A stretch of 59,536 nt of DNA, filler included, from Stramenopiles sp. TOSAG23-2 (Eukaryota), in the NCBI GenBank assembly GCA_900128395.1. It is 4 parts of 4 records of this genome, joined end to end, with 100 filler letters (N's around TTAATTAATTAA, not from the genome) between each part and the next. Parts side by side here need not be neighbours in the genome. Positions count along the whole stretch, not along the records: positions 14,929 to 29,736 come from LT649743.1; positions 29,837 to 44,636 come from LT649744.1; 2 more parts are not named here. One strand, 5' to 3'. The position numbers and the translations under genes are program-made. Shown piece by piece: positions 20,490 through 31,666 of the stretch; the first letter of the stretch is position 1; each line of letters opens with the position of its first letter. The notes beneath the pieces were generated by a model. It had not been told where the DNA came from. It ran no database searches and worked only from the letters and a program-made list of their open reading frames with translations.

Positions 20490-22946
20490 TTATCTCCTCT
20501 GATATGAACCTCTCCCGCGCCCTCTGCCTCGTCCACGCCCTCGGCCTCGTCCACGCCCTCGGCCTCTGCCTCTTCTTCTCCCATGATTTTGACCACCACG
20601 CCCGTTTCCACGGCCTCGACCGTTTCCATGTTGCCCTTGTCCATAATTTCTTCCATCCCGTCTCTCCGGGCCTTGACCACCACGACTTTGATCATCGCGT
20701 CCTTGTCTTTCATTATGGTCACCATGACCTTTACCTCCTTTACCTCCTTTACTTCCTTTACTTCCTTTACCCCCTTTACTTCCTTTACTTCCTTTACTCC
20801 ATCCTCCATTATTATTATTACTATTATTTATAGGAAGTTGTCTTGGAGCAATCATATCTATCATATCATTGGTGATGCTCTTATTGTTTTCAGATGCAAA
20901 TTCATCTATCGAAATGTACCCATCTTTATTTTTGTCCAGTTCTGCAAACAATGCATCCAAAAATTGAATTGAACTTTCTGACATACTCCCAAATCGAGCA
21001 ATAAACGCCTTTTCCAATTCCTTCTTTGATAATTTGCCATCACTATCGGTATCTAAATAGTTGAAGAAATTTCTTAATTTATCTACACGATTATTGCTTA
21101 CCTTTTGCTGTACAAAATAACGAAACAAATTTAACACATCTTCCACATACACAACATCAACACCAGCCGATTTAGCTGCTAGTTCGAAGTATGAATTAAT
21201 ATCCGCATCAGAAAGTTTGGCAGTATTACGTTCATACCTCCTAAAAATTTCACGGAATTCCTTTCGAGTCATAGAATCTCTCTGTGTTGATTGTATATGA
21301 TGTTGGAGAATTTCCAAAACTTTATTTAAAAAACTAGCATCAACACTTTTATTCGCCATGAAACTGAACATTGCACCAGACAAATCTGCATCATTTACAA
21401 AGTAATCCGGATCTTGACGACGCCCAACATTTGGTTTTTTGTTGTTGGGTGACATCCTTTGGTAGGGTAACATCCAGTTGTAATGATTGATTCCATTGTA
21501 AACTATATAAATAGTTGGGCAATTACCTTCACGTTCAACAGTTGGTTCTATACGCTTGCTAGGAATGTCATACCGATAAATGTTTATTTTAAAGATCCAA
21601 CATACTAATACTGTTATTTCGTAATTTCCCCATGCCCCATTTGTGGCTAGAGTGTCCCTAATGTCTGGGAGTCGAGAATATATAGCAAAAGGGTCTGCCT
21701 CACGTGGAATATATTTGCGAATTTCGTCATTATCGATGAGTTGAATTAAATAATCTCTCAACCACTGGACTGGATCATTTTCTGCACCCCAGTCTTCCAC
21801 CAGGAATATATTTTGTTCACGGCCAGCTTCAATAATTGAACGGAATAGACAATTACCATCACCAGGTACCGCCTGAATTTGGAACCATTCAACAGACCCG
21901 TCAATATCAATTTGAACAAATTTTTCTTGATGAGCCATGCGAAAATTGACATTATGCTTATGAAGTTCTTTCAACTTTTCAATATCATCAGGTTTTGCAC
22001 TACCAATTTTTTGTTTGAAATCATTGGTAGCATTCATTGCAAAGTTTATATCATTTGCAAACTCTTTTATGCAATCTTCAATAAATTTTGCCATGCCTCC
22101 ATCTGTGGCTTTCTTGTAGTTTTGTTTTGCATCTTTAAGTATACATCGAATGACTTGATTGGTATCAAATGTTACATTCCCCATGCCGTCATTATAATTA
22201 TTTCTCCAATTTGTCAATACATTACAAAACTTCTCCATATTTGGCCAATTTTGGAAATCCTCTTTGCTTAACGTTCCATCATTATTTTCATCTAATGCAC
22301 AGAATATAAATTTAATAGAATTTATTTGTTCTATATATTGATGAATACTTAACCAATCTTTTTTTTTTGCGTTAACGTTACTCAATGTTCTGGTGTCGTA
22401 TTGCGCTAGTTGGACTAGGTTCATTATTTCTTCTAAAACTAAGTCATTAAATGATTCCACATCATTACAAGAAGGTCGTTTTAATTTGGCACTGTAAAGT
22501 ATAATGCGTAAGAAATTATGAGGACTTAATGAATTTCGGTATTGTCTACCATCAACGGTATAAGTAGGAAGCTCACCCCAGGATGTATATGGAATATGCA
22601 TAAGAAAGTACTTTTTGCATAGTGGGTGTTCATCTATCTGCTTTTCATCAATAAAGCCACTAAAACTGCGGTTCGTCGTATTCATACTACTTGCATTCAG
22701 TATCCTGTGGCAGTTTACAATACATTTCCATACCCATGCATGTATTATACCACTCGGATAATACCAAAACAGATGGTCAAATGCAGATGATTCTTGATCA
22801 ACACCTGGACCTGGAAAGAAACTTTCCCCATTGTGGCCACCATAAGTGTCATTATTCCATATGTCACTTCTATCATAATCTGGATGGAGGTTTTCCCTTG
22901 TTAAAAATGTCGAAACAATAACATCGGAAAATAAACGCGCAGTCAT
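20490..22946 (-). CDS. OTU-family deubiquitinase-like protein with EF hands and Gly/Arg-rich tail
   Basis: VPGDGNCLFRS, WG..EI and YNG.NHY OTU motifs. EF loops DENNDGTLSKED, DTDSDGKLSKKE, DKNKDGYISIDE. GSK/GGK and (GR)n tail. Confidence 0.85.
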   Translation of the reverse strand: MTARLFSDVIVSTFLTRENLHPDYDRSDIWNNDTYGGHNGESFFPGPGVDQESSAFDHLFWYYPSGIIHAWVWKCIVNCHRILNASSMNTTNRSFSGFIDEKQIDEHPLCKKYFLMHIPYTSWGELPTYTVDGRQYRNSLSPHNFLRIILYSAKLKRPSCNDVESFNDLVLEEIMNLVQLAQYDTRTLSNVNAKKKDWLSIHQYIEQINSIKFIFCALDENNDGTLSKEDFQNWPNMEKFCNVLTNWRNNYNDGMGNVTFDTNQVIRCILKDAKQNYKKATDGGMAKFIEDCIKEFANDINFAMNATNDFKQKIGSAKPDDIEKLKELHKHNVNFRMAHQEKFVQIDIDGSVEWFQIQAVPGDGNCLFRSIIEAGREQNIFLVEDWGAENDPVQWLRDYLIQLIDNDEIRKYIPREADPFAIYSRLPDIRDTLATNGAWGNYEITVLVCWIFKINIYRYDIPSKRIEPTVEREGNCPTIYIVYNGINHYNWMLPYQRMSPNNKKPNVGRRQDPDYFVNDADLSGAMFSFMANKSVDASFLNKVLEILQHHIQSTQRDSMTRKEFREIFRRYERNTAKLSDADINSYFELAAKSAGVDVVYVEDVLNLFRYFVQQKVSNNRVDKLRNFFNYLDTDSDGKLSKKELEKAFIARFGSMSESSIQFLDALFAELDKNKDGYISIDEFASENNKSITNDMIDMIAPRQLPINNSNNNNGGWSKGSKGSKGGKGSKGSKGGKGGKGHGDHNERQGRDDQSRGGQGPERRDGRNYGQGQHGNGRGRGNGRGGQNHGRRRGRGRGRGRGRGRGRGRGRGRGSYQRR

Positions 22947-23761
22947 TATTATGAATAATATAAAATATAAAAAAATACCCTTTTTGTTTTCTTTTTTATT
23001 GTTATATTATATTTAGTTAGTTTTAAATTATATTTATTATTTTTTTAAAGAATAAATTGTTTTTGTTTTGTTTTGTGTTTCTACTTTTCTTTGATGGTTA
23101 TTTGATTTGTGAATATTACAGTTTTGACCGGATTTTGTACAGTTGTTTTGACACGGGTTAGTTGTGGTTGTTGATTAAGAAGAGTTTTTTGTTCACTGCA
23201 TGCCCTCTTGGATTGGCACCTTGTAGTGAATTCTATTGTTGGTTTTTGGTTTCCTGTGTTTGTTTCCCTTCCAAAACCGATAAATTGTGTGTTATACAAA
23301 TTTATGCCTATCAGTTACGATCAATTTTACATATATTAATTTTAACGTATAACAATGTAACTTTGACGGAAAAGAAAAAAGGACTACTTTCATTTGTTAT
23401 ACTTGAACGACTTTTTAGACTACTAATGCATGGTTATTCTATTATTATTTTTTATTATTTATTATTTTTTTTTAATAAAATCTCCTCATCCAATTTGTCT
23501 CCCACCCTATCAAATGACGCATAATATATACTCCAAGTGTAATTACAATACCAACTACCCCTCCTCTCGCCTCTCGCCCATTCTCTGTTGTCGTCGACAA
23601 GTTAGTAAAGTCCCAGAAGTTAAAAATTAGCAGGTACATACCATTGAAAACCTTTTTCCAAAATAATAAAAATATATATATATATAGATAGATTGAGAAC
23701 AACAACAACAACATACATATACATACACACATACAAACAAGACACAATCACTACTGCCAAC

Positions 23762-26623
23762 ATGGATTTCATGGATAACATATCAAATGAACATCATCAT
23801 GATGATGAGAACAACAATCAGAATAATAGTCATACACCCATCATCATTGATGATGATGATGACCTTGATAACAACAACAACAACTCCCATCAGAATATTC
23901 CCATTCAACCTTTACTATCAAAGAAAGAACAAATAATTAAGTCTCTTGTGATGGATACAATAGACAAAATTCAAAATGAATCAGGTAAAAATATAACAAA
24001 AGTCTTACCACAGCTGATTGAAGATGATTCTAGTGTGAAGAAAGAGGAAGAGTATGATGTACAATATAAAGACTTCCCATATGGTTATAACCAATTGCCA
24101 TTATATCCAAAAGCAATATGTGAAAAGTTAGATGTCAACATGGATCTATTAAAACAAGTGTCAACTAATATTTACACTTTTGATTTTAAAAAGAATCATC
24201 TGAAATATAAAGTATCACGTGGACCATATAAAGATCGTATCAAAACGCTAATGCATAAAGATTCTGCAGATCCATCAAATCTAATTGAAATTAGACGAAT
24301 TACAAAAGATGATCATCCATGTAAAGGTCAATATGGTTTATTTGCAAAGGAAGATATTCCAGTAGGAACCATTTTTTATCCATATGGTGGTTTATGGTCT
24401 GAATGGGGTGTTTCAGAAGTAGTCACTAATGGTGTTGAAGGTACTTACCATTTTACTGAATATAGTTGGGATCATGACATGACAGATCCTAAGAAATATG
24501 TATGCGATGGCTTATTGGCAAGAAATTTACTTGCATATGCAAATCATCCATTGCCATCATCATCCAAAGAACATTTTGAAGTTATAGCAAATGTAAAAAT
24601 TGCAAAGTTGCCAGTAATTTTATATCGTATGAAAGAAGAATGTAAAAAGGGTGAAGAGCTATTTGTCAATTATGGGCGTAGCTACTTTGAACAACAAAAG
24701 GTAGCAAAGCAAAGGTATGATATTCAATGTGTACTGTACAAAGATAACATGAAGAAGCAAGAAAAAGCACGTAAACAAAAAGAAGAAGTCGAAGGCTTGA
24801 TTAATTCATTGAAAACAACATTTAATATTACTGGTAATGATTCATCGATTCAATCTATACATGATATGATGCAAAAACAAATACTTGAAGGGGAAGAAAA
24901 ACGTGAAGCATTGTATAACAAAACCATACTTTTGCAAAATCAGAACGGTAGAGTTATAAAAACAAATAACAAACTAAATAGTATGAATAAGAAGTTACGA
25001 AAAACAAAGGAAGATTTAAGTAAAACGGTGAAAACTTTGAAAGAGACAAATGAAGAGGTGGAAAAAGAAAAAAGCAAAACAGAAAATGCTTTATCGCATT
25101 TAAAGACACATTTTAGTAGTATTAACCATGAATTGCGTGAAAAAAAACGGCAAGAAAATAAAACTTTTCGTGAAAAAACTGGTGCCGGTACGTTGGTAGG
25201 TGTGCAAATGTTTAAATGTGTATATGGGCAAGTGTGGATGGGTAGTCCATGTTCAGTACAACTTGCTAAATTGCAATCACATTGGGATAAACCATGTAGA
25301 CATCGTAAAAGCATATTAGATTCATATGGTCTTACTGAATTTGAGGATGAAACTCGTTACAACGTTGAGAAAACACCTAAAGAAGGAAGAACTTGCAATT
25401 ATGTATATCCAATATTACGGTGTAAACATAATCGATTACATCGTTGGCCAAGAGCAAATGGTGTCACAGTTGAAGCACATCATGCTGTTTGCCCAAACAA
25501 TCCGGAATTTGAAAAGGATGTTGCGTCGCATCACGATGCATTGTTGAAAAAATGTACAGAGCGTAGTGCACTTTTAGGTAATAATATTGATGTTACAACA
25601 AAGGATGATGATGGAAATCGTATTATAACAAAACGAGAAAAGTTAATTATTTGCATATTGTTTGTTAATGGAGCAAATTATTATTTGCAAACTAAAGATA
25701 CAGATGTAAATGCAATGGCACATACTCATCATATTGCAAAAGAAAAAGTGAAAATAGCAGATACTGATATTGCGATTATGAACAAATTGATCAAACAATT
25801 AAATATGGATGAGAACTATTTTTCTGCATTGGATAAAGAAATTTTACTCCTTGGACATGAAAAGAAATATATTGAAAATGGGGAAGATGTTCAATTGAAA
25901 AGCCGGGTAAGTTACATATGTATATATATTTATGTATATTCACAAATAGGCAATATAATTTATAATACTAACCATTAAATTCTGTGTATATATGTTATAT
26001 TTTAGTTGAGACGTGAGCATGTAGATCGAAAAACTGGTGCTGATACGGAATTGAATGTATTGTATGAAAAAATCATGCAAAAACATAATGAATGGTTATA
26101 TCATGAATCATATTTAGGTGCAAGTGAAAATGTTACATCGTTAAAATATTCACCTTTTGCAGATGCTATTAGTTTTTGCAGCGATAAGGAAAATAATTAT
26201 GCAGGTAAAGTCCAGAAATACCGACATGATAAACGAAATAACGTAACGCATTATATAGATGAAGGCCAACAAAGACGTGGTCACCACCAACACAATCAAA
26301 ACAAAAGACCACGCACCAATGAGTTTTCTAATGATGGTGGTGGTGGTGGTGGTAGTCGTCGTCATAACAACAATAGTTGGAATGGACGTAATACGAGAAT
26401 ATGTAACAATTTCAAACGTTATGGAAATTGCAACTTTGGTAATAATTGTCGTTATCGACATATTTCAAACAATTATGATAATAATAATAATAATGGGTAT
26501 GGGAATAGTCGATACAATAATAATAATAATAATAATTATTCTAATAACAACAACCATGATAATAATAATGGTGGTATGAACAACAAAACAAAAAAAGAAG
26601 AGAGCGATTATATGATGATGTAA
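23762..26623 (+). CDS. SET-domain methyltransferase with coiled coil, C2HC/CHHC-like fingers and C-terminal CCCH finger; 2 exons (23762-25906, 26006-26623)
   Basis: GLFAKEDI, YANH and GEELFVNYG..YF SET motifs; CNNFKRYGNCNFGNNCRYRH; the intron joins both ORFs in phase 0. Confidence 0.85.
25907..26005 (+). other. Spliceosomal intron, 99 nt
   Basis: GTAAGT donor, TACTAAC branch point at 25966-25972, TTTTAG acceptor; contains an in-frame stop. Confidence 0.9.
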
Positions 26624-27112
26624 AAGGAGGAAAAAGAGAAAAAGAGGGAAAGAAGGGAGAGAAAATTACGTATAATATTTGTGTTATGTGCGTCGTGCGT
26701 AATATTAAATATAAACAAATATACAAAATTTATTTATATAGATGATGTGTGTCACACATCATTGTGTGTGTGTGTGTAGGAGTGAGGGGAGACGGAGAGT
26801 AAAAGAGGAAAAAATAAAAAGAGTACGTTAGGAGGTACGAGAAGTACGAGACACGAGAGACTCGTTAAAAAGGTTAAAATAAAGTGTACGGGGTGTAAAT
26901 AATACGTTCGTAAAAAGAAATACGCGTGCTAACAGATAATTAATTCTTACGCGAAGAGTGTATTATAAAGATTTATTTTTAGTGTGTCACAAAATATTAC
27001 GACGTATAAAAATATCTAGACATTAAACTTCGTACCGGAGCATCGTAAAATAAAAAAATAATGTACAAAAATGTTTTTTGTACACACACACACATTTTTC
27101 ATTTTTTGTTTT

Positions 27113-29368
27113 TTAATTCTCTAGAGTTTTCCATTTATCTTTTAAATTCACATTCGTACGTCCTCGTTCGCGTAAATATAAATTAGCCTCGTCGGCTAAT
27201 ATTAACGCCCATTTATATTTCTTTCTTCCATGTTTTCTTACACCGGCTTTTAATAATTTCACTTCCTTTGCATCCCATGCTAAACGCCTTCCGTTTGGCC
27301 GTTTTTTAATTCCTTTAGTAGCAATACGCGCAATGGCAATTTCATTCGTAGAGGAAGATGAGGATCCACTATTACCTGTTGTTCGTTTACTAGTATTTCT
27401 TGTTTTTTTAGATGAATTGTTATTGTCGTTTGGCGAGAATTCAATTTCTTCTCCTTCTTGACTTGGATTTGTATACCTTCCACGTTTACGCCTATTTTCT
27501 TCTGGTGTCTTTGTAACATTTTTCTGTTTTGCCGTTTTGTTTTTTCCTGCTTGATTTTGCGTTCTTCGTTTTCTTTTTTGATTAATAATTGCTAAATTTC
27601 TTGTATCCTCTTCGGTGATTACTAAGTCTCGCGTCTCAGATTCTTCATCATCATCTGATTCGATATCTGAATCTTCTTCTTCTTCTTCTTCTTCTGATGT
27701 TGATTCTTCGTCTTCCTCCTCATCGTCCTCCTCCTCCTCATAATCTTCCTCCTCTTCTTCAGATTCCTCCTCTTCTTCTTCCCCCTCTTCTACTGCATTA
27801 TCCAAATCTTCCTTTAATGTTTTTTGACTAACATATGGATTGTACCTTTCATTATGAAGGAAAAAATCTGGGCGAGATCGTTTACGGGAACTACTACGAA
27901 CTTCTGCATCACTATTGCTATTCCTATGATTAGTGGGTGGAACATATTCACCATCTGAAGAAGGAGAGTCCTTTCGTTTGTTTGTTTTCTTACTTCCTGA
28001 TATTCCTCCATTTTTCCCCTTCTGTTTCTCTTTAGAATTTGGCGTCTTTCGTTTCCATGCTGACATAGTTATTACACGTTGTGGGTTCCGTATGCAAATC
28101 TTATAATGACTATTAAGCGTAGATTCGGAGAAAAAAATATGTCCACATCCATATTTGCATTTAGTTTTTTCAAAAGTTTTGGATGTAGACATTTCATTGT
28201 TATTGGAACTACCAGTCGTTGTTGTAGTTGTTGTTGTTGTAGTGGTGGTGGTATTAGAAACCGTTGGCGTATTCTCATCCTCCTCTTCATCGTCCTTTTC
28301 ACCGTCATTATCATTATTCGCTTCATTAAACGTATCATCTTCATCGTTATTATTTTTATTATTCCTACTACGAAGTTTTTTACGAACGCTGTTACTGCTG
28401 CTGCTGTTATTATTATCGGTATTACTACGATTGTTATTCCTACTACTACTACTATTATTATTATTCGCATTAGTTTTTGTCATATTTTTTAATCGCCATG
28501 AGGAGGCAGAGGGCGATGACATCATAGATGATTTTTCACGATTACGTAATTGTGAAATTGGACTTAAATGATTATTACGGCGGCGAGATAATGATTCTGA
28601 TAATGCAATATTGCCATTTTCATCATTTGCAATATCTTGTAAATGTTCCTCTTGTATAAAACGTTTTAAACGAGTTTCGCCAATTGATTTTTTAATAAAA
28701 TCATGAAACATCGCTTTCATACGATCAACCCATGATTTAAAGGAATATCGTTGTAACAAATTTTTTACAGACGCATGGCTTTGAAATAATTTTTTGCTCG
28801 TATCTACAATTTCTAATAGTTCATCTCGTAAAACTTGTTTATAAACCGCAACGACTTTATTTGTTGCATTTCCATTAGAAGACGATGGAAAATGCAAATT
28901 CACTTCTTTTAAATACGCTGTTACATTACTGTTATTATTGCCGTACACGTTATTTGAAATATTCATATGACGTAAATGGACGATACAACGTTGTAAATTA
29001 ATCTGCGCTTCAATTCGTCCATAGAAATTATTGTAAAATTTAAGTCCTCTTTTATCATTTTGAGCTGGTTCTGGATATTTATTAAATATACGTTTGAACT
29101 GTTCAAATGGTTGATTATTCTTTGGCGTGGTTGTAAAGCTTGCATCGTTTAAATTTTCAAAGATGGCATATGCATCTGCTAATATACGACGACGTAACAA
29201 AGTCGATTCAATACTTTGTGGGAAATCAAGGCCTTTCTCGTCACGTAACTTTGCAATTTGTTCTCGTAACTCTTCGTTTCCACCTAAATCTAATAATGCT
29301 TCTTCAATAATATCTAATTGCATAGCAGCTATTTCTTTTCCTTGCGTACGTTGTGCTATCTCGGTCAT
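27113..29368 (-). CDS. TRF-like telomere-repeat-binding protein (C-terminal telobox Myb)
   Basis: RRLAWDAKE..LKAGVRKHG..W..IL...RTNVNLKDKWK telobox. Helical N-domain, acidic tract and an internal CKYGC..H..C finger. Confidence 0.8.
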   Translation of the reverse strand: MTEIAQRTQGKEIAAMQLDIIEEALLDLGGNEELREQIAKLRDEKGLDFPQSIESTLLRRRILADAYAIFENLNDASFTTTPKNNQPFEQFKRIFNKYPEPAQNDKRGLKFYNNFYGRIEAQINLQRCIVHLRHMNISNNVYGNNNSNVTAYLKEVNLHFPSSSNGNATNKVVAVYKQVLRDELLEIVDTSKKLFQSHASVKNLLQRYSFKSWVDRMKAMFHDFIKKSIGETRLKRFIQEEHLQDIANDENGNIALSESLSRRRNNHLSPISQLRNREKSSMMSSPSASSWRLKNMTKTNANNNNSSSSRNNNRSNTDNNNSSSSNSVRKKLRSRNNKNNNDEDDTFNEANNDNDGEKDDEEEDENTPTVSNTTTTTTTTTTTTTGSSNNNEMSTSKTFEKTKCKYGCGHIFFSESTLNSHYKICIRNPQRVITMSAWKRKTPNSKEKQKGKNGGISGSKKTNKRKDSPSSDGEYVPPTNHRNSNSDAEVRSSSRKRSRPDFFLHNERYNPYVSQKTLKEDLDNAVEEGEEEEEESEEEEEDYEEEEDDEEEDEESTSEEEEEEEDSDIESDDDEESETRDLVITEEDTRNLAIINQKRKRRTQNQAGKNKTAKQKNVTKTPEENRRKRGRYTNPSQEGEEIEFSPNDNNNSSKKTRNTSKRTTGNSGSSSSSTNEIAIARIATKGIKKRPNGRRLAWDAKEVKLLKAGVRKHGRKKYKWALILADEANLYLRERGRTNVNLKDKWKTLEN

Positions 29369-29684
29369 GGTGTTTGTTTGTTCTTTTTATATTCGTTTTC
29401 CTTGGATATCGGTGTTGTACGAGTGTGTACGTGTGTGTGTGTGTTCACAAGCTACCTGTTCCTATCAATTTATTCAATATATATATATATATATTGGAAG
29501 AAGAATGAAGCATTTTTAAATATATATGTAAAATGACATTGATTCTATTTTTGTGTTTTCAATAGTGTGTCGGTATGTATCTGTTTAGATTGACATGACA
29601 TTTATCGAGATTAAACAGGTATGGATGAGTATTTATATAAAATGACATTGATAATTCTTCTTTTTTCTAACTGTAAGTAGTATA

Positions 29685-29736
29685 TACAGCCGATCAGATC
29701 TAAATCGACAATCAACACCCCCCTCCGATTTTCCGC
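29685..29736 (+). mobile_element. Repeat family A terminus (TA|CAGCCGATCAGA...), cut by contig end
   Basis: Matches 39217-39263; starts TA|CAG like Tc1/mariner-type ends; the contig breaks inside it. Confidence 0.5.
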
Positions 29737-29836
29737 NNNNNNNNNNNNNNNNNNNNNNNNNNNNNNNNNNNNNNNNNNNNTTAATTAATTAANNNNNNNN
29801 NNNNNNNNNNNNNNNNNNNNNNNNNNNNNNNNNNNN
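29737..29836. other. Synthetic contig spacer
   Basis: N44-TTAATTAATTAA-N44. Confidence 0.97.
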
Positions 29837-30335
29837 TACTTAAAACTTAAGTATGGAGATTTTTTGTTAATTGATATTGTTTATGAAAATGGCCCTATCA
29901 AGTTTTTTTGTATTAGTGCTGTGTTGATGTTAGATGTAAGCAAAGACACAGGCCTTAGAACATTTTTACATTTGATTTCAATATACAAGTATGACATATT
30001 TGTAGTGTTTGGTGTATTTGATAGCCAGGATAGACAAGGGAATTTTTCACCTCAAAAAATTAGAAGCTTCCGTTTTGCCAGAAGAATAATTCGCACTTTA
30101 TACCACTGTGGTGCTTATCCTGGGTTAAAAATGGCAAAAAGACAAAAGGATACAAAACTTCTGCACACTACATCGTGAAAAAAACTCTTACACACTTGCA
30201 TACATTCTACATTGTGAAAAAAAGAAATTGCTTGCTTTTTTATATTATTCTACATCGTAAAAAAATAACCTGCGCACTTATCTTTAAATAGATCCTACAC
30301 TGTTGTATCTATCGATTACTATTATTATTACGACA

Positions 30336-31271
30336 ATGGGAGCATCTGCATCTATTAATAGCATCATTGAAGAAGAGAAATTAAAACCAATAGATGCAAG
30401 TGATGTAAAAGCGGAAAGTGCAAAAGAGGAAGTTATACGCCTTCGTAAAATATTACATGAATCTATAAAAAATGGTACATATGCGTGGCAACCCGCACAA
30501 GAGCCTTTGGAATTTGAGACGGGTGGAAATGCAATAACGCATTCAATTATTTTGTTTCATGGAATTGGCCAACAGGCGACAACATATTTAAAGGGTGATA
30601 TTACTGGTGATGGAAAAAATTTATGGTTTGATGACTATGGTTTTGAAGATTTTTTGAAAAAAGGACTTGAAGGTAAAGGATTCCGTGTTGTCATTCCATG
30701 GTCTCAAGTGAGCAATGCTGAAGCTGTTATCGGGCCACTTAGCAAAAAGAATGGACGTGAAATGAAAGACTTGCCATCTTGGGTGGATCAATTATGGGAC
30801 GACGAAAAAGTTGGCAGCTCCTTCAATTGGACCAGTGATGATGCTACAGGATGCATTTCATATCAACAAAGTATTATACGAAAAGAAATTGAACGAGGGA
30901 TCAAAGCAGAAAATATTTATGTAATTGGGCATTCTCAAGGGGGTGTTACGGGTGGTCGAGCTGTCTTGACATTTCCAGATGCAAAATTAGGTGGTATGAT
31001 TCTATTATCCTCTCAAAACCAATCTCCAAAAATGCCAGAAATTATTGCTGAAAAACAAAAAACATTACCAATTCTAGCATGTCATAGTGCGGAGGATAAA
31101 ATCATATCCTATAAATTGGCTGTGGGAAACTACGAAACAATGAAACAAGCAGTTGGTAATAGCAATTTCACGTTTATTGAAGAGTCTGATAACGGCCCAC
31201 CAATGCATCACTCTCCACTTACTAAAACAATTAAACCAAAAGTTCTAGAATTTTTGCTTAATCGGTATTGA
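30336..31271 (+). CDS. Phospholipase/carboxylesterase (acyl-protein thioesterase-like), probably N-myristoylated
   Basis: ILFHGIG, GHSQGG nucleophile, CHS.ED..I, C-terminal His; MGASAS N-terminus. Confidence 0.88.
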   Translation: MGASASINSIIEEEKLKPIDASDVKAESAKEEVIRLRKILHESIKNGTYAWQPAQEPLEFETGGNAITHSIILFHGIGQQATTYLKGDITGDGKNLWFDDYGFEDFLKKGLEGKGFRVVIPWSQVSNAEAVIGPLSKKNGREMKDLPSWVDQLWDDEKVGSSFNWTSDDATGCISYQQSIIRKEIERGIKAENIYVIGHSQGGVTGGRAVLTFPDAKLGGMILLSSQNQSPKMPEIIAEKQKTLPILACHSAEDKIISYKLAVGNYETMKQAVGNSNFTFIEESDNGPPMHHSPLTKTIKPKVLEFLLNRY

Positions 31272-31666
31272 GTCGAGTGATACTGTATGTATTAATGCCA
31301 ATTAAAACAAAACCAGAAAATCTGGACAAATAATATAATATCGCGCTCGAAAATGGCAAAAAACACCGGGTGTCGTAACCGGTGAATGTTGGTTCAAAGA
31401 CCAAACCAACATCCACCACCTGCAATAGCGGTGGTACAATAGTACGGCACAACATATAAAAAGTCAATATTTTAATTAATAAAAGATATAATTATTATAT
31501 ATTAGACAACTAATAAAGACATATACCTTTCTTTTTTCTTCCTCTTCCCATTAGGAATTTATAAATATATTACCATACGTAGGATTATACAATTATAACA
31601 TACATATATATAAATAATAGATAGTATATACTGAATAAATAAATAAATAAATAAATAAATTATACC

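Noticed and set aside
20486..20809. Overlapping 107-aa ORF (VKE/AEGVDE repeats)
   Set aside because: Alternative-frame by-product of the Gly/Arg repeat tail.
20129..20833. 234-aa plus-strand ORF
   Set aside because: Made of a tandem repeat plus antisense of a low-complexity tail; non-ATG start.
30168..30303. CRISPR-like repeats (ctacatcgtgaaaaaaa every 39-45 bp)
   Set aside because: Short, degenerate and A-rich, with spacers resembling each other, no cas genes and a eukaryotic context; a decayed minisatellite.
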